Below, one piece after another: positions 49,918 to 62,779 of a stretch of DNA of 64,000 nucleotides. The DNA comes from Octopus sinensis (Eukaryota): NCBI RefSeq assembly GCF_006345805.1, contig NW_021833430.1:9815-73814 (forward strand), given 5' to 3'. How positions within the stretch are numbered: the stretch's first letter is position 1; each line of letters begins with the position of its first letter. The notes below the pieces were generated by a model. That model ran no database searches. It was not told the origin of the DNA and worked only from the letters and a program-made list of their open reading frames with translations. Both the position numbers and the translations under genes were made by a program.

Positions 49918-50450
49918 GATCCGTTGTATGATGTGAAAGAAAGAAAGTAGTAAACCTGGTCGAGTTACGGTTCCTCGTGAAGATGACATGGACGCCGCTT
50001 AGTATCGAAAGACTGACCGTTATGAAAACCTTCTCCACGAATGTGAAGACACATGCTGGAAAGCGGAGTATTTTCCAATCGAAGTCGGATGTAGAGGATT
50101 TGTTGGCCACAATGCGAGGCAGGCCACTGTTGTTATCGTTAGGCCTAACTCACTCTAAAGCAAATACCACCATGAATGATATCCAAACTACAGTGGAAAA
50201 GGCAAGCTACTGGATCTGGTTAAAAAGAGACGATGAGCAATCACTAGAAGAATCTTGAGCAAAAGCCTGATAATTAGTTGTTCCAGCAAGCGGAGCCTTA
50301 TTTCAGTGAGGGGGACCGGTGCGCAATGATGCCGTCGAAGAGGTAAGCCCCGAAACGGTGTGCAATCTCTCCTATGACCCCGTAAGCTTGCTATCATCCG
50401 GTATGGAGAGCTTTCAACTGGTAGTACTTGCATCTTCAAGTTGTTTGCAA
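49914..50450 (+). mobile_element. 3' fragment of a restriction-like-endonuclease LINE (Hero-like)
   Basis: LVEL...RYENL..C....WKAEYFPIEVGCRGFVG...VEKASYWIWLKR, with frameshifts. PIEVGCRGF is typical of REL-domain non-LTR C-termini. Confidence 0.7.
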
Positions 50451-50471
50451 ATCTCTCTCTTTCTCTCTCTT

Positions 50472-50540
<69 letters not shown>

Positions 50541-50787
50541 AGTAATTAAGGGTTTAGCAACGATTTGCCTCACCACACACCGAATTTAGAAATAGCAGTC
50601 AAAGAGTTATGGCTATTCTTTCTACTTAAAAGAGAGATCCAGTAAAACCACAGCACTTAAAAGGCAAACAACGCAGGCAAAAGAGAAAGAAATGACGACA
50701 ATCATATATATATGTATATCCTCTTGCACTCTCCTGTCTTTGAAAGAACTTTTCTTCACCCATTCCCTTCCGGTCATTCAAAATGTG

Positions 50788-50976
50788 ACCGCGTGTGTAC
50801 CGTTGGCGATTTTTTCCCTCCGTCTTCCCTTCTTTTGATCTTTCCTTTTCCTATGTTTCTGACGAAGAGCTCCGCTCGAAACGTTAAACCTTCCTTCTTC
50901 CCTTCCTTCTTGAGCGTCCAATAATACTATATTTGTTCCACGTCCTCGCATTGTTGTGTTTTCATGTTTGGATTAA

Positions 50977-50978
<2 letters not shown>
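50788..50978 (+). mobile_element. Short Penelope-like terminal element abutting (TA)n
   Basis: Near reverse complement of 56231-56432. Contains a hammerhead core and ends GTTTGGATTAACT at a (TA)n tract. Confidence 0.7.
50855..50889 (+). ncRNA. Minimal type I hammerhead ribozyme
   Basis: GTTT-CTGACGA-A-GAGC(TCC)GCTC-GAAA-CG-TT-AAAC. Complete CUGANGA/GAAA/UH core, with a palindromic AACGTT in place of stem III. Confidence 0.72.
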
Positions 50979-51053
<75 letters not shown>

Positions 51054-51219
51054 GATATATATATATATATGTATATATATATATGTATATATATATATTA
51101 TATGTATATTATATATATATGTATATATATATATATATATATATAGATATATATATATATATAATATATATGTATATATATATATATATATGTATATGTA
51201 TATATATATTATATATATG

Positions 51220-51254
<35 letters not shown>

Positions 51255-51300
51255 ATGTATGCATGTATGTGTGTGTGAGTATGTGTGTGTACACATAAAT
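50979..51300. repeat. Long imperfect (TA)n/(TG)n microsatellite
   Basis: Direct inspection. Confidence 0.95.
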
Positions 51301-51491
51301 ATATATACATATGTACATACGTATGCATGTGAGTGTACCTAAGCGTGCAGTCTAAAAGTGTACATTTTCCAGTTTATATATAAACGTGTGCGTCAGAAAG
51401 TGAATGCTTTAAACTCGTTATTTCATAGATTATAACAGCACATGTATAAAAGTATGACTCTACCAAAAATTGTATGTGTTATACGTATACA

Positions 51492-51900
51492 CTCTCTTTA
51501 TTCTATTACTTGTTTCAGTCATTTGACTGCGGCCAAGCTGGAACACCGCCTTTAATCGAGCAACTCGACCCCGAGACTTATTTTTTTTGTAAGCCCAGTA
51601 CTTATTCTATCGGTCTCTTTTATTAAAATTTTATGTATTGATTAAGTCTTTCCTTGTTTGTTTTGCAAAATAGTGGTTTTGTCTCTAATAATATTATATA
51701 ATATTTTACTATAAAATTGGATTTAATCCTAAATCTGATTTTTTCCCTGTAAATTTGGATTTATTCCCTAATATTTATTATATATATATATATATATACA
51801 TATATACGACGGGCTTCTTTTCAGTTTCCGTCTACCAAATCCACTCACAAAGCTTTGGTCGGCCCGAGGCTATAGTAGATGACACTTGCACAAGGTGTCA
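51492..51900 (-). mobile_element. SINE family A interrupted by an AT-rich repeat (51620-51780) related to 47035-47330
   Basis: SINE tail and head pieces. The insert shares CCCTGTAA.TTTGGATTTATTCCCTAATA. Confidence 0.7.
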
Positions 51901-52754
51901 TGCATGTGTATCCCTTAGTTTCTTTTATATTAATTTAAGCCATTAGTCTGCTGACATGTTTAAGGTTCTACAGAATTGACGCCGACCAATTTCCACTTTC
52001 GATGTATCAATCAATACGAGTCTAAAGTGGGAGGCTATTATTAATGGTGCTGCGCAATGGAGTTGAACCTGACACATGTTCATGCAAAATAAATCTAGTA
52101 GCCGAATAGTTATAGCTACATCTCTGTTCTTCTAAATGTTGAATACGTTACACATTATACATCAAACAATATACTAGTTATATTATTTTAGTCATTATTA
52201 CGCACATCTCTCTGACCTCTTCTGCCATTAGATATAAACATTCGTGACTCAGTCATAGGAGAGTTCTTCAAACAAAAACTAATAGTACAATCAGTCAGTA
52301 GAGCTTTGTTTGTGATGTCAGAGAACACACACACACAAGCACACACACAAACACACACACATACACACACGTCATTCGTATACCTACCACATACGTATTT
52401 GTGTATGTATACGTGAATACAGAACTAGACAGCTACGTGATTGCATCTGTATCATACTTTCATGCTAGTAAACAAATAGACAGCAAGGAATCTAAGAGAA
52501 TGTTTAGGAGTGTAGGTGTATGTGTGTGTTGGTGTTTGTGTTCGTGTGTATGCATGCTCGTACATATATAAGTTTATAAAGTAGAACCCGCTTCAAGAAA
52601 AATCAAAACCAACGCGATGTAGGTTGATATAATTCTTTAAATATTTTTTGTACTTTTAGTAGGACAGTACACCAATAAGGACACGTGCACTGATTGGGTT
52701 CCCTTTATTCTTAATTAATTAATTAATTAATTAATTAATTATATTTATCCATTC

Positions 52755-52985
52755 TTACTTCTTTATTGCCCACAAGGGGCTAAACACAGAGGGGACATAC
52801 AAGGACAGACAAAGGATTAAGTTGATTACATCGACCCCAGTGCGTAACTGGTGCTTAATTTATCGATCGCGAAAGGATGGAAGGCAAAGTTGACTTCGGC
52901 GGAATTTGAACTCAGAACGCAAAGACAGACGAAATACCGCTAAGCATTTCGCCCGGCGCGCTAACGTTTCTGCCAGCTCGCCGCC
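52755..52985 (-). mobile_element. SINE family B, full length
   Basis: Ends ..TGCCAGCTCGCCGCC. Confidence 0.88.
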
Positions 52986-53599
52986 TATTATGATCCTTTC
53001 TACCTAAGCACAAGACCTATAAGTACACTGGGAAATGCTTAGCGGCATTTTGTCTATAAGTAGTCAGCTACCCTACCCTAGCCGTTTCCACTCTCCAATG
53101 TAGGATTCCTCACCATATAGGTGACTGTCACAGCCATAAGGTGCATTACGGATCTACAGAAATTGGAATGACATGACCCTACTCGAATAAACATTAACAA
53201 CTGTGTGATGTGAGGGCTAAGGGGAAATGAAAGTGTCACCTTTGGATTTTGCCAATGGTCACTATGCCGATAGGTAACTGAACAAATTAAATTTGCAATC
53301 TATAAATCTCTTTGAATGACCAATCGCTTATCTGGAAAGGTCTTGAAGTCAATGTTATCATCTGGGGACTATCTCTTACCCAGGGATAATAAAAAGACTC
53401 AAAATAGGTCTGCAACCAAATAACTTTACTCAAAATAACACTATGCAACTGAATCAGTGGAGGCAAAGGTGCCTCTCCTTTACTTGACAATTTATGCACC
53501 ACATTGCAGAAAAATACAATCTAAGTATATCTCAAAGCAAACTCTTACCCTATTGTACCATTGAATTACAAATAACGCTCATCTTGTATCCTCGGGTGA

Positions 53600-54489
53600 C
53601 TCTACAGCTTCCAAGACTACAATTGTATTCGTCTTGGCTTAGGAAAAATGACTAAATTGTGGGGTCTTACTTACCTCCTAACAAGTTGAAATTTTAGGAA
53701 TATTACTTCATTTATGTCTAATATCAATAGTTAAAATTTCGTCGGCAGCAAAATATATGAATTTCCATGGGGGTTATGGCTTCATTTACACACCCTCACT
53801 TTCAAAACATATACCGCATTACATCCGCCCTTATGCATAGAATATAATTTCCAAATTTCATAAAGATCCATTCAGTACTTTTGACCTTGTTTTGGATCAT
53901 AAAAATGACTAAAATTTAGGAGTTAAGCCACGCCATTAGGGGAGTCTTAGAATCCTCATGAGAAGCGGAAACTTTAGGAATACTTCTTGATTTGTGTCAG
54001 TTACCTATGATTGAAGTTTCATCAACATTGGAAATTTATGAATTTTCATGGGGGTTATGCCCCATTTAAGCCGCCTCACATTCAGACCAAATATACTGCA
54101 TTATACCCGCCCTTATTCATTGAATCTAAGTTCCAAATATCATAAGGATCCATTCAGTAATTTTGGTCTATGATAAATGACTAAAATTTGGGAGTTAAAC
54201 CCCCATTAGGGGGTCTTAGAATCATCCAAAGAAATGGGAATTTCGGATATATTTAAAAATTTATTTCTAATATTTGTGGTAAAAATTTCATCAAAAACCG
54301 GAGCGTATGAATTTTCAAAAACCAGAGCGTATGAATTTATGCCCCTTCAAAATTGTATGAAACATTCGGCATTACCCTTCTCCCTAGGCTTGGATTTTGT
54401 GTTTCAAATTTCATTGGGATCGGCCCTGTAGTTTTCGAGTCTATAAGTAACACACAAACACACAGACATTGGACTTTTATATAATAGAT
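53600..54489 (-). mobile_element. Helitron-like element with ~260-270-bp internal tandem repeats; 3' end not located
   Basis: Minus-strand start TCTATTATATAAAAG..TGTCTGTGTG resembles the other Helitron 5' ends. AAATGACTAAA(A)TT repeats at ~53646, ~53903 and ~54175. Confidence 0.5.
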
Positions 54490-54649
54490 ATTGGTATGTG
54501 TTGTAAGAAATAGGTTTCTTTCTCTAACATTTTACATATTTCAGCCTACACAAGGGAGTGCGTGGAAAACAAAATAGGAATTTTGAAATATCGAATGGCT
54601 GTGGGGGTACAAAGGTGTCCATAGGTTAAAAATGGTTGAGAATCCCTCA

Positions 54650-55029
54650 TCTACATCATCCTCATCACCACCATCATCTTCTACATCTTCGTTGCCGTCG
54701 TCGTTATCGCTGTCGTTGTTGTTTTTGCTATTATTTTATTGTTGTTGTTGCTGTGGTCGTCGGTATCATCATCATCGTCGTTGTCGTCGTAGTCGTCATC
54801 ATCATCATCATCATCATCATCATTATCATCATCATCATCATCATCATCATCGTCGTCTTCGTCATCATCATCATCATCATCATCGTCGTTGTCGTCTTCG
54901 TCATCATCATCATCATCATCGTCGTCGTCGTCGTCTTCGTCATCATCATCATCATCATCATCGTCGTTGCCGTCTTCGTCGTCATCATCATCATCATCAT
55001 CATCATCGTCGTCGTCGTCGTCGTCTTCG

Positions 55030-55061
<32 letters not shown>

Positions 55062-55104
55062 GTCGTTGTCGTCTTCGTCATCATCATCATCATCATCATC
55101 ATCA

Positions 55105-55136
<32 letters not shown>

Positions 55137-55220
55137 GTTGCTACCGTTGTAGCTTTTATTATTGTTTTATTATAGCTGTTGTCGGTACCATCCTCCGCTT
55201 CCTCCTCCTCCTCCTCCTCC

Positions 55221-55254
<34 letters not shown>

Positions 55255-55330
55255 ATCATCATCGTCGTCGCCGTCGTTGTCGTCGTCATCCTTATTATCC
55301 TCCTCATCATCATCATTATCATTATCATAA
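54650..55330. repeat. Compound (CAT)n/(CGT)n microsatellite with higher-order CGTCTTCGT(CAT)n unit
   Basis: Direct inspection. Confidence 0.95.
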
Positions 55331-55724
55331 TAAAGCTTCAAGATGAAAGACCAAGACTCTCCCCTTTTAACGTTCACAAGCGATGCCAGTAAGACGACCA
55401 AGAAAGCAACCCCACAACGGTTTGTATTCCCTTCTGTCTATTTTAGCGAATGTAAATAATTTTAAATACATTAACCTATGACTTTTCTAGCATGCCTCTC
55501 ATTTTCTCTCTTTATTTCAATCTTACACATTACAAACGATCAGTGACCTCTGGTGGCATTTCGTGCTGGAAATCAACTTTCTTGATATTTTTGAAGATGA
55601 TTCAAGCGTGACCGCAACCGTTTTCGGTGAAGGTATTCTCTTTCCTTCCTTTCTTCCTTCGTTCCTTCCTTTCGATTATCCCCCCTCTCTTTCTATATAT
55701 ACATACACACACACACACACACAC

Positions 55725-55815
<91 letters not shown>

Positions 55816-55911
55816 ACACACATATATATATATATTTCTTTCGAGTATTCCCTCCTCTCTCTCTCTTTCTCTCTTCTCTATGTATATATATATATATGTA
55901 TTATATATATA

Positions 55912-56031
<120 letters not shown>

Positions 56032-56189
56032 TTCCTTCTTTCTTCTTTTCATTCTTTCTTTTCAAATCCACTAACAAGGCTTTGGTCCGCCCGAGTCCTA
56101 TAGTAGTCAACACTTGCCCAAGTTTCTGCGCAGTGAAACTGAACCCGGAACCATGTGTTTGTGAATCAAGCTTCTTATTACACAGCCAC

Positions 56190-56230
<41 letters not shown>

Positions 56231-56236
<6 letters not shown>

Positions 56237-56432
56237 ATCCAAACAAGAAAGCACAGAAAAACACAACAACGCGAGGACGTGGAACAAATATAGTATTATT
56301 GGACGCTCAGGAAAGAAGGAAAGAAGGAGGGTTTAACGTTTCGAGCGGAGCTCTTCGTCGGAAACATAGGAGAAGGAAAGATCCAGAGAAGGGAAGGCAG
56401 AGGGAAAAAAATCGCCAACGGTACACACGCGG
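56231..56432 (-). mobile_element. Short Penelope-like terminal element with mutated hammerhead (56331-56365) between (TA)n tracts
   Basis: Minus strand GTTT-CCGACGA-A-GAGC(TCC)GCTC-GAAACGTT-AAAC (U4 to C). Paralog of 50788-50978. Confidence 0.7.
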
Positions 56433-56483
56433 TATATATATATATGAAGCAGTATGCATACGCAGATATATCTTTTTTTTCTG

Positions 56484-56890
56484 TTACTTGCTTCAGTCAT
56501 TTGACTGTGGCCATGCTGGAGCACCGCCTTTAGTCGAGCAAATCGACCCCGGGACTTATTCTTTGTAAGCCCAGTACTTATTCTATCGGTCTCTTTTTGC
56601 CGAACCGCTAAGTGACGGGGACGTAAACACACCAGCATCGGTTGTCAAGCAATGCTAGGGGGACAACACAGACACACAAACACACACAACACACATACAC
56701 ACATACACACATATATATACATATATACGACAGGCTTCTTTCAGTTTCCATCTACCAAATCCACTCACAAGGCATTGGTCGGCCCGGGGCTATAGCAGAA
56801 GACACTTGCCCAAGATGCCACGCAGTGGGACTGAACCGGGAACCATGTGGTTGGTTAGCAATCTACTTACCACACATCCACTCCTGCGCC
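56484..56890 (-). mobile_element. SINE family A, young
   Basis: Nearly identical to 59290-59700. Confidence 0.9.
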
Positions 56891-57559
56891 TATATCTTGT
56901 ATAAGATGCGTATGCAAAAAATACATGAGAATTACAACCACAATGTAATCATTCTACGAAGGCGCGGGGTCTGTTCAATGTGACGATAAATTTCTGAACA
57001 GACTCGCTGCTGTTTTCGAAAAAGGGACCACACGAAACACACGCGCGCACAGATACATACGCACACACATATACATCCACACACGCGCATACACAAACGC
57101 ACATGAACAAACAATCATACAGATACACAAACAAGTACATGCGTGCACATATTCAACTACCTTACAACTTGACACCTTGTTTCTGCGCGTGTGTGTGTGT
57201 ATTTATCTATACACACACACACTCATTATGTATGTGTTGCCAATACATTTAAATACGCAAGGTGGTGAGCTCGTCGGGAAAAATGCTTAGCTGTATTTCA
57301 TCCATCTTTACGTTCTGAGTTCAAATACCACCGAGGTCAGCTTTGCTTTTCATTCTTTCGGTGTCGACAAAATAAGTACCAGTGGGGTCGTTGTAATCGA
57401 TTTGTCCTCTCCCATCAAAATCACTGGCTTTATGCCAAAGTTTGAAATTAATATATTTAAAGAACTGCACTCAAATTTGCGATGTTCTATTTAAATGGAA
57501 ATAAGGAAAACAGACTTCTCCGACAGTCTTACCGGAATGAAACAACACTGCTATAAGTA

Positions 57560-58080
57560 GCCTCTTTCTTTCTTACTGGCAGTAGAAAACAAACATACCT
57601 GATTGGAGGAATCCAGGGAAAAAAGCGATTAGACTGAAGGATCTTGGCTTTGCTGATGAAGTCCTGCTCACTAAAGGTGATAAAATCCTACAACAGCTCA
57701 CGTCATAGCTTGAACAGAATACGGGAAAGATTGGTCAAACATCATCGATCATAAAGATCAAACAGCAAAATATTGAGACAGTAGACAGACTCACATATCT
57801 GGGTAGCATCATCAGTAAGTAACAATGGTGATATTGAAACCATGGAATTGGCGAAGCCGCAGCTGTGTTTCAAAAGAATGTGCGCTATCTTGTCCTCCAA
57901 CACAGCCAGCCTACACAGAAAGATCCGCCTCTAAAACAGGAGAGTTCTGCCAACTATTCCCTAAGTCAGTAGGACACAGAAGGTATCCGAGAAAATCGAC
58001 AGTAAGAGCTAGGTGTATTCCATCAATGAGGGTTAAGACGGACTCAGAGAAAATACTAGTAAAATCACGTAACAAATAAA
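57560..58080 (+). mobile_element. Highly decayed RTE-like RT remnant
   Basis: LKDLGFADEVLL and ETVDRLTYLGSII fragments. Confidence 0.5.
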
Positions 58081-58896
58081 AATATTCTAAAAACCCCTCT
58101 CGGATCTAGTCTTTTTAATTTTGCTCAGATTGCTTTCAATTTTGGTGTATCGATACAACTCTGAATTTTGATTACGTTCAACCAATTACTTTATCTTGTA
58201 ACATCAGATTAAAGAATCTGATGTTATTTGGAATTAAAGTTGGACAATTTGGGTAATTTTAACCAATCAACAGACAGCGCGGCATTAGCAGCTTATTACC
58301 ATGACAACCGCACGCTATGTTGTGGTTCACTTCGCTGTTGTCTGTGCCGCACCGTTGTTCTATGTTGATTTTCCATACACGATTCTTCACACAACGAGAT
58401 TCTTTTCATCCGCCTGTTTTGTTTTAATTTTCTCTGTTTTAGCATATTACATATTTTTCTGTGCTTCCGTGTATTAGTATTTTTCAGTGCTTTTCCTGTG
58501 TTAGTATTTTTACATATTCTTAATTCCATATATTTTTCATATATATTTAAGGACTCATTAATTCAGATAGCAAGATTTATGATTTCACTTGGTTAATTCT
58601 ATTCATAAAAATTTAAATTAGGAGTATTTCTTAAACCGTTAGCTTCACATTTCAACAGGTTAACTGAAATTTAACCCACGTAACAGAAACTGAAAGGGAT
58701 ATCAAGGAACAGAGAAACTGTGGGTGATACAGATAATTTGGCATTGTTTTTGAATTCTGCATGCAAAAACATACAGGATACAGGTATTGTTTTCCTTGGG
58801 ACAAATTCTTTGTTGACCAGTTTTATTCTTATCGTAGTTTACAGATCCAAGCATGAAAACGTTACTCAACTTTAGACTTTTGGAGATAGACGCCTC

Positions 58897-58939
<43 letters not shown>

Positions 58940-58941
<2 letters not shown>

Positions 58942-59262
58942 ACAAATGTGACAGAGGGCACTGACTAGCACTAGTTTTGCTAAAGATAAGAGTTAAACTA
59001 ACGCAAAGCCACAATTTGTTGCTTACACTTTTACCGTTTTGGGAATCAGCACACGTTTTCAGCGGTTTTTCTTATAAGACTAACAGAAGCTGGTAAGTTG
59101 ACCCTTAGGCGTTAAGAGCCACTGATGAGGAAATGATGATCCCGCTATGTACGCTTGAGACTTAGCTCCCTTTGTCAGTCACTTAAGACAATGCGTTTGT
59201 GGCTTTGAGTTGGTTTAACTCTTATCTTTAGCAAATCACTACCCTCTGTCACTTTTGTGACT
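58940..59262. mobile_element. Foldback element with ~70-bp inverted arms and a decayed hammerhead-like core (CTGATGA at 59122)
   Basis: ACAAATGTGACAGAGGG..TTTGCTAAAGATAAGAGTTAAAC..CAAAGCCACAA versus its reverse complement at 59197-59260. Confidence 0.6.
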
Positions 59263-59289
59263 TCTATTGATATATACTTTTTTTAATTT

Positions 59290-59698
59290 TTTACTCTTTT
59301 TACTTGTTTCAGTCATTTGACTGCGGCCATGCTGGAGCACCGCCTCTAGTCAAGCAAATCGACCCCGGGACTTATTCTTTTGTAAGCCCAGTACTTATTC
59401 TATCGGTCTCTTTTGCCGAACCGCTAAGTTACGGGGACGTAAACACACCAGCATCGGTTGTCAAGCAATGCTAGGGGAACAAACACAGACACACAAACAT
59501 ATTCACACACACTTATATATATATATATACATATATACGGCAGGCTTCTTTCAGTTTTCGTCTACCAAATCCACTCACAAGGCATTGGTCGGCCCGGGGC
59601 TATAGCAGAAGACACTTGCCCAAGATGCCACGCAGTGGGACTGAACCCGGAACCATGTGGTTGGTTAGCAAGCTACTTACCAAACAGCCACTCCTGCG

Positions 59699-59700
<2 letters not shown>
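59290..59700 (-). mobile_element. SINE family A, full length, young
   Basis: All CpGs retained. Ends ...CAGCCACTCCTGCGCC at a (TA)n tract. Confidence 0.9.
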
Positions 59701-59735
<35 letters not shown>

Positions 59736-59798
59736 CATAATATTTTCCATTTGCCTTTTATATATATTAAACATGTAGAGATAGATAGATAGATAAAT

Positions 59799-61150
59799 AT
59801 GCCCGACACCCAACATGGTTTCCGACCAGGGAGAAGCTGTTTAACTCAGCTCCTACAACACTATGACTGGGTGCTGAAACGGCTGCTCAACCACTCAAAT
59901 GTGGAAGTGATATATCTCGACTTTGCAAAGGCCTTTGATAAAGTCGATCATGGAATGATATGTCACAAACTGCGTGATCTCAACATAGTTGGAAAACTGG
60001 GAGAATGGCTTCATGACTTTCTGAAAGATAGAAGTCAGGTGGTAGTGGCCAATGGAGCCACTTCCATTAACACGCAAATAGTGAGCGGTGTTCCGCAGAG
60101 CACTGTTCTGGGACCACTACTGTTCATAATGGCCCTCTCAGACATGCCCTCAGCCACGCAGAGAGCCACGATCACAAGTTATGCAGATGATACAAAAGTT
60201 TCACAGCAGGCAAGAACCCTGAGGACACTAAACACCTGCAATGTGAGCTAGACAAAATATACAAGTGGGCCGAAAAGAATAGCATGCAGTTCAATGCTGA
60301 AAAGTTTCAAGCTCTATACTATCAGCATGCAAAACTAAATGCAATACCCAATGAATACACTGGACCCGGAGGAATAGCAATCCCAGAGGCACAATCAGTG
60401 CGTGACCTAGATATTTACATGAGTGATGACGCGACCTTTCGTGTATATGTTGCTAAATTGGCAACGAAATGTAGACGACTGGCCGGATGGATCCTCAGAA
60501 CCTTTAGAACAAGAGAACAAGAAACCATGATGGTCCTCTGGAGGACACTTGTCCTAAGCCACTTTGACTACTGCTCTCAGTTATGGTCACCATCCAGTGT
60601 CAAGTTGATCACAGAGCTCGAGGCGATAGACTCTATGCAGAATGTAAGCTACTGGGAAAGACTCAGGAAATTAAAACTGTATACCCTGGAGCGTAGGCGG
60701 GAAAGATATGCCATAATATACATCTGGAAGATCCTGGAGGGAAGTGTCCTGAACTTTGGCATCGAGAGTTACGCAAATGCCAGAACTGGGCGCCACTGCG
60801 TGGTGCCTAGGACTCCAAACTTGCCATCAAGATGTAGGACAAGATTCTGTGATAGCCTGGGCTTCCGAGGCCCACAGCTCTTCAATATCCTGAGAGAACC
60901 TGAGAGACCTGCATGGGGTGGATACAGATGTCTTTAAAATGAAGCTGGATCTCTTCCTGTCAGGTGTCCCAGATGAACCAACTTCACGGCAGGAGGGGCA
61001 GATGAGGGCAGCTGCATCGAACTCTCTCATGCACCAAATAGCAGCTGCTAGAAAGCCTTCATGAAGTGAAACCAAGTAGCAACACCAAATGGCGGTGCCC
61101 CAGCATGGCCACAGCTCATAAGCTGAAACTGGAAAAATCAAAATCAATCA
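59799..61150 (+). mobile_element. 5'-truncated CR1/L2-group LINE: RT and C-terminal pseudogene plus 3' UTR
   Basis: QHGFRPGRSCLTQL, YLDFAKAFDKVDH, SGVPQSTVLGPLLF, YADDTK and DYCSQLWSP, with frameshifts. 3' end GGCGGTGCCCCAGCATGGCCACAGC..GCTGAAAC. Confidence 0.92.
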
Positions 61151-61533
61151 AAAAATCATACCTAAGTACATACATATCTATATAATATGTTCTTCCTATG
61201 ACTCTATATCTCCTAACAATTAGCAACTGTACTTTAAACCAATTACTACACCTATTTAACTGATCAATACACAGAAAACACGATGTTAAGTAGTTGGTCA
61301 TATAAGTGTAATTATTGATCTCTGTCTTGCTTTGGGTAGGGTTTATATGGTTTCACAGCAGCCAAATCACATTGTCTACCTGGCTGTTTGTGTGTCCGTA
61401 TGTGTCTTACTGTTTATCTCTCGCTTTCTGGACAATGCACATATACGCGCATATACATACATACATACATACATACATACATACATACATACATACATAC
61501 ATACATACATACTCTCAAGCCCACGTATATATA

Positions 61534-61575
<42 letters not shown>

Positions 61576-61678
61576 GTGTGTGTGTGCGTGTGTGTACATA
61601 TACATACATATAAATACAATTATATATATGCAGATATATAAATACATACATATATACACAGATTATATATATATATAA

Positions 61679-61725
<47 letters not shown>

Positions 61726-61819
61726 TATATTTATATATAGATACATAATATATACATATATAACATATAAATACATAAATACATACATACATACATACAT
61801 CCATACATACATACATGCA

Positions 61820-61850
<31 letters not shown>

Positions 61851-61872
61851 CATACATACATACATACATACA

Positions 61873-61906
<34 letters not shown>

Positions 61907-62114
61907 GTCAATCCAAACGTGATCAAGCAAGAAAACACAACAACGCGAGAACGTGGAATATGTACATCTGCTTTTGGAAAGAGGAAACAGTGACGGAAGG
62001 AAAAGTGAGTACGAAAGATACAAGAAGGAAAAGATGAGATTGAACGCGAAAGTGCGAGAGGGTCAGAAAGAGACAGAGACAAAGAAACGGAATGTTTGTC
62101 TGTGTATGCGTGTG

Positions 62115-62213
<99 letters not shown>

Positions 62214-62483
62214 TGGGCGAGAGAAGAGAAAGGGTGTGAGAGAGGTAGGGAGCAAGAGCAGGATCGATGATGATTTCGAGTAAGTGTTTCTACATCGATT
62301 ATATTGTCTAGTATTTCAGTTTTCATAAATCGATCCCCAATAATATTGACCACCTCGCTTCATTTTATACACTTGTTTTGTCTTGCATCAATTAGTACTG
62401 GACTCTCCAATATTGTAAGTGTTCGTATAGTGCTGGACACTCAAGCGTCCAACATTTCAGAGCATGAAAATATATAATATATA

Positions 62484-62549
<66 letters not shown>

Positions 62550-62779
62550 TACATACATACATACATACATATATACATACATATATGTATATAATAATAA
62601 GAGAAAACCTAATCAAGTAATTCAATAGGGAAAGATATCTATATTATATAGAAAAAATAAAAATACTATAATAAATATTATTCAAAAAATCGCTAACTTA
62701 AATAAACTTATATATATATATATACATACATACATACATACATACGAACATATATACATACATGCATACATATATACAT

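Noticed and set aside
54632-55330. His/Arg-rich protamine-like ORF (also poly-His at 23173 and poly-Pro/Leu at 39534)
   Set aside because: Trinucleotide microsatellites that are open in several frames, with no splice or domain support.
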